This document shows, one piece after another, positions 9,924-20,850 of a stretch of DNA of 64,000 nt. Numbering within the stretch: position 1 is the stretch's first letter; every line of letters begins with the position of its first letter. The notes below the pieces were generated by a model, which did no database searches, was not told the DNA's origin, and was given only the letters and a program-made list of their open reading frames with translations. The DNA is from Endomicrobiales bacterium (lineage in GTDB: Bacteria; Elusimicrobiota; Endomicrobiia; Endomicrobiales; CAWCFT01): the NCBI GenBank assembly GCA_963794945.1, contig CAWCFT010000016.1, positions 32,001 to 96,000 on the forward strand, in the 5' to 3' direction. The translations under genes and the position numbers were made by a program.

Positions 9924-11240
9924 TCAAAATTCCCATGCTATCTCTTCGTGAATAAGTTTTGTGGATGCGGGCTTTTTCGAAGAAATGCTCAAGGCTCCTG
10001 TAAATATCCTTTTTGCTTCCGCCGCGTTCCTCTCCCCGCTGTGATACATGGTCGCGAGCGGTTCGCCCTTTTCTACTTTATCACCCGTTTTTTTATGCAG
10101 GATAAAACCGGCCGAATGATCAACCCGCTCGTTCTTTGTTTTTCTTCCAGCGCCTATTTCTATAGCGGCCATTCCTATGGCCCTTGTATCAAAGGAGCTC
10201 ACGAATCCAGACTTCACGGCTTTAATGTTTTCCGAACGTTTAGCTTTGGGAAGCACTTTGTCCGGGTCGTCAACAACCTTCGGGTTGCCGCCCTGGTGGC
10301 GTATGATACTCTCAAATTTTCTCAGCGCGCTGCCGTCCGAAAGACGCCGCATGATCCTGAGCCTCGCAGAAGCCAGGGTTCTCTCGGCTTTTCCCATGAC
10401 GATCATCCTCGCAGAAAGCTCTACACATAGCTTTGTAAAATCTTCGGGACCCTGCCCTCTTAAAGTTTCGATGGCCTGTTTTATCTCAAGGGCGTTGCCC
10501 ACGGCGCGGCCGAGAGGCTGGTCCATATTAGTCACAACGGCGCTCATTTTTTTGTCGTAATCCCTGCCTATAGAGACCATGGCCCTGGCAAGCGCCCGGG
10601 CGCTTTTGATATCTTTCATAAAAGCCCCGTTGCCGGCCTTAACGTCTAAGACAATTCCGTCGGAACCCTCCGCGATTTTCTTAGACATTACGCTAGCGGC
10701 TATAAGGGGTATGGAGTCAACAGTTGCTGTGACATCCCTTAAGGCATAAAGCTTTTTATCTGCAGGCGCTACGTCCGCACTCTGGCCTATCATCGCGACG
10801 CCTATATTTTCAAGCTGTTTTTTGTAGCGGCTCTCGGTTAGATCTACGTTAAAGCCCGGTATTGACTCGAGTTTGTCGAGCGTTCCGCCGGTGTGCCCGA
10901 GCGAACGCCCGGACATCATGGGCACGGCTATACCACAGCATGCGCACAGCGGCGCTATAACCAGGGATGTGCCGTCGCCCACACCGCCCGTAGAATGCTT
11001 GTCAATTTTTGGGAGTTTTATCGCGGATAGGTCTATGATCTTGCCCGAAGCGGTCATTGAACCGCACAGCGCCGCTGTTTCCTTACTGTCCATACCGCGT
11101 ATAAAGATCGCCATAAGGAGCGCTGCCATCTGATAATCGGGAACCCTGGCATGCGTGAACTCTTTAATAGCAAACTCTATCTCATCCGCCGAGAGCTTCG
11201 CCCCGTCTCTTTTTTTGCTTATTATTCCGTATATGTTCAT
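9924..11240 (-). CDS. pdp: Pyrimidine-nucleoside (thymidine) phosphorylase
   Basis: DKHSTGGVGD, SGRSLGHTGGTLDKLESIPG and LYALRDVTATV. Confidence 0.95.
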   Translation of the reverse strand: MNIYGIISKKRDGAKLSADEIEFAIKEFTHARVPDYQMAALLMAIFIRGMDSKETAALCGSMTASGKIIDLSAIKLPKIDKHSTGGVGDGTSLVIAPLCACCGIAVPMMSGRSLGHTGGTLDKLESIPGFNVDLTESRYKKQLENIGVAMIGQSADVAPADKKLYALRDVTATVDSIPLIAASVMSKKIAEGSDGIVLDVKAGNGAFMKDIKSARALARAMVSIGRDYDKKMSAVVTNMDQPLGRAVGNALEIKQAIETLRGQGPEDFTKLCVELSARMIVMGKAERTLASARLRIMRRLSDGSALRKFESIIRHQGGNPKVVDDPDKVLPKAKRSENIKAVKSGFVSSFDTRAIGMAAIEIGAGRKTKNERVDHSAGFILHKKTGDKVEKGEPLATMYHSGERNAAEAKRIFTGALSISSKKPASTKLIHEEIAWEF

Positions 11241-12057
11241 AGAGTTGAAATGACCCCCGCAATGATATTTCCTATTTTTTCACTTACCGCAGCGCCGGCC
11301 TTAATTACATCTTCATGAAGTAAAGTTTTTTCGCTGCGCGGCAAACAGGGTTTGAAACGTATGATATGCCGAGCACGCACATACCCATCTGCTTGGCTGC
11401 AACAGCTTCCGGAACTACTGACATTCCCACAAGGTCGCCACCCAGTTTCCTGTACGCCCTAATTTCGGCGGAAGTCTCATATGAAGGGCCGCTAACAGCG
11501 GTATACACACCTTCTTTTGTACGGAGCTTTAGTTTAAGAGCGGCGCGGGCTTTCTTTCTAAGTTCCGGGCTGTAGATCTGCCCCATATCCGGGAACCGCT
11601 CGCCGAACTGCGGGTGATGAGCGCCTCTGAGACAGTTCGCACCCATAAGATTTATGTGGTCTTTGAGGAAGACAATATCGTGCAGTTTAAACCCGGGGTT
11701 GAGCGCGCCGCAAGCTGATGTTATTATCAGGTATTTTACCCCAAGCGTTTTCAAGAACCTAACGGGATAAATGACTTCGTCCATGCCGTAGCCCTCGTAA
11801 TAGTGAAACCTTCCCTGCATTACGGCTACAGGCCTGTTCGAGAGGCTTCCCAGTATAAGCCGGCCGGCGTGGCCGGCGACAGTGGACGAGACAAAATTCG
11901 GCAGCTCGTTGTAATTGAACACGGCGTCCTCAACCGAGCTCTCGGCAAGGCCGCCCAACCCGGAACCAAGTATTATTCCGACCTCGGGCAGTATGGCTGT
12001 CCGTCCCCTGACGTAATTTTCAGTCTCTTTGAGTTTTAAAATTATATTAGTTTCCAT
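11237..12057 (-). CDS. punA: Purine-nucleoside phosphorylase (frameshift near 11330)
   Basis: ILGSGLG, GHAG, GRFHYYEGY, GPSYET and VGMSVVPE. The shifted frame gives LHEDVIKAG...ISTL* with a stop overlapping the pdp ATG. Confidence 0.92.
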
Positions 12058-12086
12058 AAGATGACCTGCCAATTATTAGTGGCCGC

Positions 12087-13439
12087 CTACTGTGGCGGCT
12101 CCTGCGCTGGCTGAACCTGCTGACCCGGCTGCGGTTTGTCAGCAAAAGAAGTAGTGGCGGATGATTCAGCACCGGAACTATTTGGTGCGCCTGTTTGTAA
12201 GCCTTTCTTGAGCGCGTCTATTTCTGAATTCTTCTTTGCAATCTCAGAGTTTAGCCTGGACTTATCTTCTTCGCTTATGCCTTCCGCTTTAACAGACTGC
12301 TGTAGCTTGATTAATTCGGCTATTTTCTGCCCCATCTCAATTCCAGTCTTAGCCCCAGCCGGAATCTTAAACCCTGCCTGCTCTGCCTGATTAAGTTTAT
12401 CCATCATTTTGGCAGGATCAATAGGGGGTTGTATGTTACCAAGCGCGGCGGCCTTAGCTTTCAAGCCTGCCGCCTTCTTTAGCGCTCTTGCGGCATCTTT
12501 CTCAGCCTTGCTGACCGCATCTGCCAGCCTCTTAGCCTTGAGATTGGGTTTTGGCTTTGGCGTATTAGCCTTGGCCTGCTCTTCCTGCCACTTCAGGTAT
12601 GACTCCTTTGCGAACGCCAGAAAGTCATCAAGGTTGTTGATTTTCTTACTACAACCATTAAACTTCACCAACCCTTGGCCCGACTTGGAGAACTTTATGC
12701 CCTCAGCTATAGTTTTCTTGCCGAAAGAACCATCGCTGGCAGCAAATAGCTTCTTTATAGCTTCAGCTGGGTTAGGGTTTTTCAAGGCTTCTATAAGCTT
12801 ATCCCGCTTTTCAGGGTCTATTTGCAGTTTACTTGAGTCTCCGGCAGGGTGGGGGTCACCGGGTGACCCTACAGCCACATCATCCTTATCTTCTGAATCT
12901 TTATTAAGAAAATCTGCCGTTTTTTTAAGCGGCAATATTCCTTTCTTAGCCGCATCTTGAATTTCAGGCCCGCCAGCCTGTATCAATATATAACACCTGA
13001 CCATAACCCTGTTTACTTTAAGAGTGTCAGCTATTTCATATAAACTCATGCCCTCTTTATAATACTCTCCGCTGATTGAAAAGATTTCAAGCTCTTTAAG
13101 GCTGTTCTGCTCAACATTGTCCAAAACTGAAAGATGCCTACCCATCTTTATGGGGTCCGGCCCAAGGTCAGAAATGGGGATTACCTGCGCGTCAATTGTA
13201 TCTGCCCCCAGCCGCTTATTTGTCTCGCACCTGTGCGCCCCGCGCATAATAGCCAACTTTTTCCCGTTCTGCGGGTCTATCAGGGCAATCGCAGTTTGCT
13301 GGCCGAACTGCTTGAACGATTCCAACAGCCGCTTGACCACTTCCTCATTCAGCCCTGCCCTGCACTGGTATGTCTTATCATCCCAATCAATCGCGTCCAG
13401 CCGAACCTTCACAATCGGATACTTGCCCATGTCAAGCAT
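12087..13439 (-). CDS. ParB/Srx-like N-terminal domain + HTH protein with long K/A/P/Q-rich tail (paralogue 1)
   Basis: GQQTAI...RGAHR...DNVEQ (degenerate GxxR / ENxxR) followed by the HTH-like GMSLYEIADTLKVNRVMVRCY. SD AGGAGG precedes the ATG at 13439. Confidence 0.75.
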   Translation of the reverse strand: MLDMGKYPIVKVRLDAIDWDDKTYQCRAGLNEEVVKRLLESFKQFGQQTAIALIDPQNGKKLAIMRGAHRCETNKRLGADTIDAQVIPISDLGPDPIKMGRHLSVLDNVEQNSLKELEIFSISGEYYKEGMSLYEIADTLKVNRVMVRCYILIQAGGPEIQDAAKKGILPLKKTADFLNKDSEDKDDVAVGSPGDPHPAGDSSKLQIDPEKRDKLIEALKNPNPAEAIKKLFAASDGSFGKKTIAEGIKFSKSGQGLVKFNGCSKKINNLDDFLAFAKESYLKWQEEQAKANTPKPKPNLKAKRLADAVSKAEKDAARALKKAAGLKAKAAALGNIQPPIDPAKMMDKLNQAEQAGFKIPAGAKTGIEMGQKIAELIKLQQSVKAEGISEEDKSRLNSEIAKKNSEIDALKKGLQTGAPNSSGAESSATTSFADKPQPGQQVQPAQEPPQ

Positions 13440-13458
13440 AACACCCCTCCTGTTGCCT

Positions 13459-16185
13459 TTACTTATCAAACAATGGGAGTTCATCGTCACCAGTAAATTC
13501 TTCAAGCCCAAGTTCTTCATGCCTTAATTCATCAAAACTTTCAAAATCGTTTACACTCGAAATTTCTGTTGGACTAAAACCTTTCCTCTCCATTTCTTTA
13601 TCAACAAGAAAGAACGTTGTTATTCCACCTTCTTTTTCCAAAAGTTTTAGCGCTTTCTTTCGGTCATCAATTTGCTTTGACTCGGCAAGGTGCTTGCCTT
13701 TTACATCAACGATAAACCACTGGCCTTGAATGAAAGCAAGGAAATCAGGATAAAATGGTGCTTGCCTTACTTCCACAGGATATTCGATTCTCGGTTCATT
13801 TCGAATCCAAAAACTCTTTTTCTTTTTATCAATAACACATAAACGTTCCAACGCATCTGCAACTAATTTTTCTGGTGGACTATCAAATTTAACATATGGC
13901 TTAATAGCGTGTTGATATCCCTCAACAATAATACCTTTTTGTTGCTGATGCGGGACCATTTCTTGATATGATGGAATAAGATTTATTGCCTTTCCATCAC
14001 GTTTTCGGATGGTTACCTTGCCATCAAGAAAAATATCTTTAATATTCTTTTTCCTAATTGTAAATTTACTCTTAAACATCAAGTTAAAAGATTTTTTACT
14101 ATAAAAATCAATTATGCTCTTCTTCAATGCTTTAAGTGCTTTCTTGTAATCAAGCTTATAAGCCGTATCAACTTGAATGCCAGAATCAATGATTTTCTCA
14201 ATTATATTTTTTGCAGTTCCTATAGAATTATTTCCAATAAAATGGCCCGTATCTTCTATAAAATCCCACGCCCATCTTGATATTTCATCTTTTGTTAATG
14301 TTATTGTTCGACGAGTGGTAATTGGCCTTTCTTTTTGCAATTCAATTTCATCCGTTGTGATCTCTACGTAGTCAACTGCGGCCATTACTTCAGGCTTTAA
14401 CACCTTGTCACCATTCAGCACATGGCATACCTCGTCTATAAACGCTGCAATACTTAATGTCTTGTCTTTCAAGGCATCCTCAAAACTCTCCCCCGTAGCA
14501 ACAGGCTTGATCTGTAAAATCGGTATTTCGTAATTATCTATAATATCTTTATTGACTTTATTTAAGCGGTCTTCTTCTTCGGTTGGAATTTCGATGCTTG
14601 CCTGCGATAGATCAAGCTTTTCTCTTATTTCTTGCACGATTTTATCGAAACGACGCCCCCGCTCGCAAACTATATTCAATATTTCACTCTGTTCCTTCAA
14701 GTCATGTTCCAGAATATCATACTCTCTTTTTTCTTTATAAAGACGCAATCCTCTGCCTATAAGCTGTGCAGCGGCAAGCCCGACTTTCTCGACAGTATCC
14801 CCCAAAACAACAATGGTATAAAAATTGTCGTAGTCCACACCTTCTGTGAATATACGGACCTGATTGACAATTTCCACTTTACTATCTTCAAGCGATTGGT
14901 ACTCCGACCACGTTTCTTCTTCGCTCTTATTTTCGCTGTGAATAGTGAAAACAGAATTAGCAACTCGTTTTAATTTTTTAATTAACTCCGTTTTATTTTT
15001 AGGAATATTTTGTCTAATTATTTTTGCAATATCTGTACCTTCTCTATTCACTTGTTCTAATACATCATCAAGCTCTCCAGTAATAGTATCGGGCCAATTT
15101 TTGAGATAGACATCAATAAAGTCGGCGTGTTTAATCGAGCGGGCCTTGGTAAGCAACATTGATTTTTTAACCGGCGCGTTAACCGCCGCAAGCGCCTCAT
15201 ATTTTAATAGGTGAATCAACATACCCCATATTAATTTCTGCTTATCGGCATCTGTTACCTCGTCGGTTACTTTTTCATCGCTAGTTCCACAACCAACAGC
15301 AAATATTCTCTTTCCATAACCTTCATTAATATATCGCTGCATCGGATATTTGTATAGATTGTTTTGCCCAAAATCCCCACTTTTGATTTTTTCTATCGAA
15401 GTTGCGGTAAATTCCAGCACAACACTAGGCATTAATTCATAAATCGCTTCAGCCGTTTTCTTTTGCTGGTAGTGATGTGCTTCGTCAGAAATTATAACCG
15501 GCCGGCGTTCTCGCAAAAACTCAACAAATGATATGGTATGATTTCCACTTTTATCTCGCCAAACTGATTCTTCAAGTGGTCGTTTTACATAAGGAACACC
15601 TTTCATCGTGTCTTCTTCATCTTTTTGACCAGAAGTACCTTTATCATAAAATTTCTGCATATTAAAAACATAGAATGAAATGTCTTTATCATCCTCATAA
15701 TTGCAGGTTTTATCACGGTATGAATTGCCTGTCACCAAGTTATATGACAAGTTCCAGCCATCACCAAAAATGCTTTTTACCGCACGAGGCGTGAAATTTT
15801 CTATCGTTTTATCAAACAAAATAGTGTTTGGAGTTAAAATCAGAAAATCCTTTTGCCCCTTATGCCACAAATCTAAAATTGCCGCCCCCATAAGCAAAGT
15901 TTTTCCGGAACCAGTCGCCATTTCAAAACCTATCTTGTGCCATTGTACGGATTTACCTTCTTCATTTTTGCTTTCTTGCAAAGTTTTTTGTTTCAGGCTT
16001 CTGCTATCAAAAGCATCTTTGTCAAATAGCTGAAAAACACTCAACGCTTCCATCTGATAAGGACGCAGTGAATACTTTAGTAATTTCTGAATTTTATTAA
16101 AATTCTCAATCGTTTTAGGCGAAGCCATACCTTTTATAATTTTGTATTGTTGATCTTGGCTGACTAAATCGTAAAATGTTTTCAT
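13459..16185 (-). CDS. res: Type III restriction-modification Res subunit (SF2 helicase + PD-(D/E)xK nuclease)
   Basis: LRPYQ, EMATGSGKT, ISDEAHH, QLIGRGLRL and C-terminal FYPDF...VDVKG; overlaps the mod stop. Confidence 0.9.
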   Translation of the reverse strand: MKTFYDLVSQDQQYKIIKGMASPKTIENFNKIQKLLKYSLRPYQMEALSVFQLFDKDAFDSRSLKQKTLQESKNEEGKSVQWHKIGFEMATGSGKTLLMGAAILDLWHKGQKDFLILTPNTILFDKTIENFTPRAVKSIFGDGWNLSYNLVTGNSYRDKTCNYEDDKDISFYVFNMQKFYDKGTSGQKDEEDTMKGVPYVKRPLEESVWRDKSGNHTISFVEFLRERRPVIISDEAHHYQQKKTAEAIYELMPSVVLEFTATSIEKIKSGDFGQNNLYKYPMQRYINEGYGKRIFAVGCGTSDEKVTDEVTDADKQKLIWGMLIHLLKYEALAAVNAPVKKSMLLTKARSIKHADFIDVYLKNWPDTITGELDDVLEQVNREGTDIAKIIRQNIPKNKTELIKKLKRVANSVFTIHSENKSEEETWSEYQSLEDSKVEIVNQVRIFTEGVDYDNFYTIVVLGDTVEKVGLAAAQLIGRGLRLYKEKREYDILEHDLKEQSEILNIVCERGRRFDKIVQEIREKLDLSQASIEIPTEEEDRLNKVNKDIIDNYEIPILQIKPVATGESFEDALKDKTLSIAAFIDEVCHVLNGDKVLKPEVMAAVDYVEITTDEIELQKERPITTRRTITLTKDEISRWAWDFIEDTGHFIGNNSIGTAKNIIEKIIDSGIQVDTAYKLDYKKALKALKKSIIDFYSKKSFNLMFKSKFTIRKKNIKDIFLDGKVTIRKRDGKAINLIPSYQEMVPHQQQKGIIVEGYQHAIKPYVKFDSPPEKLVADALERLCVIDKKKKSFWIRNEPRIEYPVEVRQAPFYPDFLAFIQGQWFIVDVKGKHLAESKQIDDRKKALKLLEKEGGITTFFLVDKEMERKGFSPTEISSVNDFESFDELRHEELGLEEFTGDDELPLFDK

Positions 16186-17906
16186 AATAAATTGTATTCC
16201 TTTAGTATGGTGGATGGTATCTTCTTAATAAGCACCCGCTCATCAAGCACTTCCGATGGAACACCAACGGCGACGTTAGTAAAGATTGTTAAATGTTTAA
16301 ATTTCTCTCTTTCCAAGCCAGCAATAATTTTATCGTAGAGTTCTTCATTTAATGTAGCTATATCTCTCGAAGCAAAAGAGATCGCGAAATGATACCTTGC
16401 AGACTGATGTCTACCAAGATATACATTTTCTTTGTCGAGCCATTCGGATTTTTGTGGCCGGTATTGGAAATGCAAAAATATTGCCTCGGACATTTCCGCG
16501 GCTTTCAATTTCCAATTCATATCTTGACCGTTAATTAGACTCTCGCCGAGTTTGTAATATTTGAAACCACTACCACCTTCCCAATTAATATCTTTACTCA
16601 CCCCTGTTTGATCTTCTCCGTTTATCACTTTTTGCAAGCGGGGAACTATCAATTCTTCTGCTTGTCTACCCATTTCCACCATTAACCATTGTCGCCCCAT
16701 TTTATGAGCAACTGCACCAGTGGTTCCTGAACCAGCAAAAGAATCACAAACTATATCACCAACCTCTGTTGATAACTCTAGAACTCTTCTGATAAGTGGC
16801 TCTGGTTTCTTCCCATTTTTAAAAATGACTGCACCCTCTGAAGCAATACCTGTCCAAGAAATATTGGTCCAAACATCGGTAATCACCTCTCCAGGTACAG
16901 TATCGCCATTAATATTGATTAATCTTTTGTCATAAAAAAGTATTTGTTCGCCATTAAGTATGTAGAAGCCTTCAACGTCTTCATTAACATGAACAAACAC
17001 TTTTCCATTATTATTTTTAGATTTTTGAATAGTTGCCGCACGTTTTTTGGCAGCACCACCACCAATGGCGGCAGTACGAAATACTCGATCTGCATTTTTT
17101 ACAGCAAATTGAGATATTTCATAAAGAAAACTATTTCCTAATATTTGCTTTGCCTTTTTAGGATTCTCGTAACCTTGCAGCTTGGCGACAACATCAGCTA
17201 TGTTTTCCCACTGCCATTTTTTATAAGGCAAAGATTTGTCATTCAATACTTTGTTATAAGCAGAATCATAATCTTTCCGTATGTAAACCTTTTTTAACGG
17301 ATAACCTATTTTCTCTTTCGCATATACCAATAAGTAGTTGGCTGTAGAAAATATTTTTCCCCCTGTCGCTTTGAATCCTGATGGATCGTTAGTCGTAATA
17401 CAAATAGTATTGCAATAATTTTTTCTACCAAATATTTCGTCGAGTAAAATTTTAGCGTAGGCCATCTCTGCAGTATCAAGGTGCACAAATATCAAGCCAT
17501 CTGTTCTTAAAAGTTTCCTAAGTAAAAAAAGCCTATCTCTCATCATTGTCAACCATTCCGAGTGTTCAAGATTGTCATCGTATTTTTCAAATGCAGTGCC
17601 CGTGTTAAATGGCGGATCAATATAAATACATTTGACTTTATTTTTTTCTGGTTTTCCTTTAAACATTTCAACTAAACTTCTAAGAACCAAAAGATTATCC
17701 CCTTTTATGAGCATATTATTACTTGTTACATCACCATAGCTTTGTTCAAACCTTAAAATACGCGGCTCGGCAACTCGAATATCATTTTTTGGCACCCAAA
17801 CAGGACGGACGCCCTTTCCTTCTTTCTCATCTATTTCATAGAAGAGAGAAAGGTCTTTATTAATCCAGTCAAGCCTTAGTGAACCTTTGTAACTTTTATT
17901 TACCAC
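16182..17906 (-). CDS. mod: Type III R-M Mod subunit (amino-methyltransferase, beta class)
   Basis: IKGDNL, IYIDPPFNTG, WLTMMRDRL, GKKPEPLIRR, DSFAGSGTT and WEGGSGF. Confidence 0.92.
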   Translation of the reverse strand: MVNKSYKGSLRLDWINKDLSLFYEIDEKEGKGVRPVWVPKNDIRVAEPRILRFEQSYGDVTSNNMLIKGDNLLVLRSLVEMFKGKPEKNKVKCIYIDPPFNTGTAFEKYDDNLEHSEWLTMMRDRLFLLRKLLRTDGLIFVHLDTAEMAYAKILLDEIFGRKNYCNTICITTNDPSGFKATGGKIFSTANYLLVYAKEKIGYPLKKVYIRKDYDSAYNKVLNDKSLPYKKWQWENIADVVAKLQGYENPKKAKQILGNSFLYEISQFAVKNADRVFRTAAIGGGAAKKRAATIQKSKNNNGKVFVHVNEDVEGFYILNGEQILFYDKRLININGDTVPGEVITDVWTNISWTGIASEGAVIFKNGKKPEPLIRRVLELSTEVGDIVCDSFAGSGTTGAVAHKMGRQWLMVEMGRQAEELIVPRLQKVINGEDQTGVSKDINWEGGSGFKYYKLGESLINGQDMNWKLKAAEMSEAIFLHFQYRPQKSEWLDKENVYLGRHQSARYHFAISFASRDIATLNEELYDKIIAGLEREKFKHLTIFTNVAVGVPSEVLDERVLIKKIPSTILKEYNLL

Positions 17907-17977
17907 TGATCTCTTTCCTTATTGAGATTTGTTAATCAGAAACCACACCCGGGATATAGCATCGCTGCGTTACTTAC

Positions 17978-19162
17978 TCACAACAAAACTTCTTTCAGGA
18001 AACTCTTGCCGTTGTTCATTGGTTTTAAATCAAAGGCATCGGCTATTGTTTGGGCGACGTCCGCGAAAGTTTGTCTTATGCCAAGGTCAACACCGCTCTT
18101 CACATTTTTGCCGTAAACAAGCAGCGGCACGTATTCTCTAGTATGGTCCGTGTGTTTTTTGAATGTCGGGTCGCAGCCATGGTCGGCCGTGATAATTAAT
18201 ACATCGTCATCCCGGAGTTTGTCAAGAAGCTCTGGAAGCAAATCATCAAAATCTTTTAACCCTTTCGCATAAGACTTTACATCTCTTCTATGACCCCAGA
18301 GCATGTCAAAATCCACAAGGTTTGTAAATATCAGAGACTTTTTTATGTTGTCTTCCTTAGAAACAAGCCGCAGTGTGGCGTCAAAACACTCGCTGTTACC
18401 ATGGGCGCGAACGCTCGCCGTAATCCCAGCCTTGTTGAAAATATCCTCTATCTTTCCGACCGCCGTAACACTTCCCCCGGCTTCCTTTATCCTGTTGAGT
18501 ATCGTAGGCTTCGGCGGCGTCAGCGCGAAATCGCGCCGGTTCCCGGTCCTTGTGTATTGCCCATTCCCGCCTGTAAAAGGCCTGGCTATGACCCGTCCCA
18601 CGGCGTTTGGGCCTTTTAGCATCCCTCGTGCGTCAACGCATATTTTATAAAGTTTTTCGAGCCCAAACGACCCTTCGTGAGCCGCTATCTGGAAGACTGA
18701 ATCCGCCGATGTGTACACTATCGGATAACCTGTCCGCACATGCTCGTCTCCAAGCCTGTTGATTATCTCAGTGCCGGAAGCCGTAACGTTGCCCAGCATT
18801 TTCGTGCCTATCAGTGTTTCGAATTCAGAGATGACTTCTTTGGGGAATCCATTTGGGTATACAGGGAAAGGTTTGCTTAGCACGGTTCCGGCCATTTCCC
18901 AGTGGCCGGCTGTCGTGTCTTTTGCCGGAGAGGCGCACATCATTTTGCCGTATGCGCCATTTATATCGCCAGTTGTCTCGCGTTTACTAGTTAGCAGATT
19001 ATAAAGGCCTAGCCGCGCGAGGTTGGGCAGATCAAAACCTTTCCCCATGGCGTCAAGAACGTGGCCCAGAGTATCGCTGCCGGCATCGCCGTATTTATCA
19101 GCGTTTGGCAAAGCGCCGATCCCCACACTGTCCAAAACGATGATTATAAAACGGTTTATCAA
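17978..19162 (-). CDS. deoB: Phosphopentomutase
   Basis: [48 protein letters not shown] and DHTRE. Confidence 0.96.
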   Translation of the reverse strand: MINRFIIIVLDSVGIGALPNADKYGDAGSDTLGHVLDAMGKGFDLPNLARLGLYNLLTSKRETTGDINGAYGKMMCASPAKDTTAGHWEMAGTVLSKPFPVYPNGFPKEVISEFETLIGTKMLGNVTASGTEIINRLGDEHVRTGYPIVYTSADSVFQIAAHEGSFGLEKLYKICVDARGMLKGPNAVGRVIARPFTGGNGQYTRTGNRRDFALTPPKPTILNRIKEAGGSVTAVGKIEDIFNKAGITASVRAHGNSECFDATLRLVSKEDNIKKSLIFTNLVDFDMLWGHRRDVKSYAKGLKDFDDLLPELLDKLRDDDVLIITADHGCDPTFKKHTDHTREYVPLLVYGKNVKSGVDLGIRQTFADVAQTIADAFDLKPMNNGKSFLKEVLL

Positions 19163-19176
19163 TGAGAATCCTCATT

Positions 19177-20849
19177 CTACTTAACGAACAGATCTATGAT
19201 CTTGAATTCCTTAACATTAACAAGCCCCTTATCGGTGAGTTTGATCTCGGGTATGACCGGAAGAGCAAGGAACGATAGCTGCATGAACGGGTCGGGTATA
19301 TGCACCCCCAGCTGTGAGCTTAGCTTAATTAGCAGATCGAGCGACCTCGCGACATGTTCCAGCGTTCTGATCGGACATCAGGCCCGCGGTCGGAAGAGGC
19401 GGCTCTGCCCAGTACCCTTGATCCGTTAGAAACAGCGAGCCCTCCGCCCATCTTTATGACCTCAACAACCGCCGTGAATATACTTTCATCATCTGCGCCT
19501 ACGGCTATTATATTATGCGAATCGTGCGCTACGGACGAAGCGATGGCCCCTTTCTTGAGGCCGAATCCCCTGACGAAGCCCTTTCCTATCTGCCCTGACG
19601 CGAGATGCCGTTCCACTACCACGAGCTTTAGTACGTCTCTTGAGGTATCGGAAACCGCTTTACCGTTGAGAGTTTTCACCGGAGCGGTTGACATTCTTGT
19701 AACTATCTGACCGGGCACAAGGTCTATAACATTTATCTCGCGGCCCTTGGCAGGTATGGAAAGGTCTTTTTGCTCCAGCCACTTTACGTTGACCGAACTT
19801 CTTATAGGTATTTTATGCGGTTTAATAGGCCTTACCGAAGAACCTTCTTTGGCGACAAGCTCACCCTTCTTGAATACCATCTCGACGTTAAAATCTTTCA
19901 GGTTGTCAATGACAGCTATATCGGCCTCATAGCCCGGCGCCACCGCGCCAAGGTTCTTAAGGCCAAAACACTCGGCCGGATTTAGTGTTACGGCCCTTAC
20001 GGCATCGACTACAGGCACACCCCACCTGATAGCCTTTCTCACGAGGATATCGAGATGGCCCTTGAGCAGATCGTTAGGGTGCGTATCGTCAGTAACAAAT
20101 ATTATTCTGCGGTTATTGGCTGTACTGCAGAGCGGAAGGAGGTCGATGAGGTTCTTTGTCGCACTACCCTCCCTCATCATAATATACATGCCTTTGCGGA
20201 GTTTTTCCTTCGCCTCGGCCAGGTTGGTGCTCTCGTGTTCTGAGGCTATGCCGCTCGCGATATAAAAATCGAGGTCTTTGCCCTTTAGGCCCGGCGCATG
20301 GCCGTCCACATGTTTTGAGCTGGCCATACTTATCTTCTGCAATACATCTGGGTCAGAAGAGAGCACCCCCGGGAAATTCATCATCTCGCCAAGCCCCACG
20401 ACCCAGTGGCCGCTTAGGAACGGGTAGAGGTCGAAAGAAGAAAGCCGGGCTCCTGAAGTTTCAAGGATAGACGACGGTACGCAGGATGGAAGCGTAAGAA
20501 AAAGGTTTATCGGCTGGTACTTCGCGGACTCCAGCATCCACTTGATGCCATCCAGGCCCAGGACATTCGCGATCTCGTGCGGGTCGGCGACTACGGATGT
20601 GGTGCCCGATTTTGATACAGCTCTCGCGAATTCTGATACCCCCACGAGCGAGCTCTCTATGTGAATGTGCCCCTCGATGAACCCGGGAGTTATATACTTT
20701 CCGCTTATGTTGATCCGTTTCTTAGCCGGGTATTCTCCAAGGCCAACGATCTTTTCGCCCTGGATAGCCACGCTCTCAGGATATATCTCCCCGGAGAAAA
20801 CGTTTATTAGTTTTCCACCGGTAAGCAGGATATCAACGGTTTGTTTCAT
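19177..20849 (-). CDS. ade: Adenine deaminase (frameshifts near 19370-19410)
   Basis: HIHIESS, DPHEIANV, GEMMN, DGHAP and SVAHDSHN. The shifted frame supplies GLMSD and PFMQLSFLALPVIPEIKLTDKGL to a stop at 19177. Confidence 0.93.
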
Positions 20850-20850
20850 T

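Noticed and set aside
12060..17975. Prophage/ICE or att-flanked island around the R-M genes
   Set aside because: No integrase, phage gene or flanking direct repeat was found by eye.
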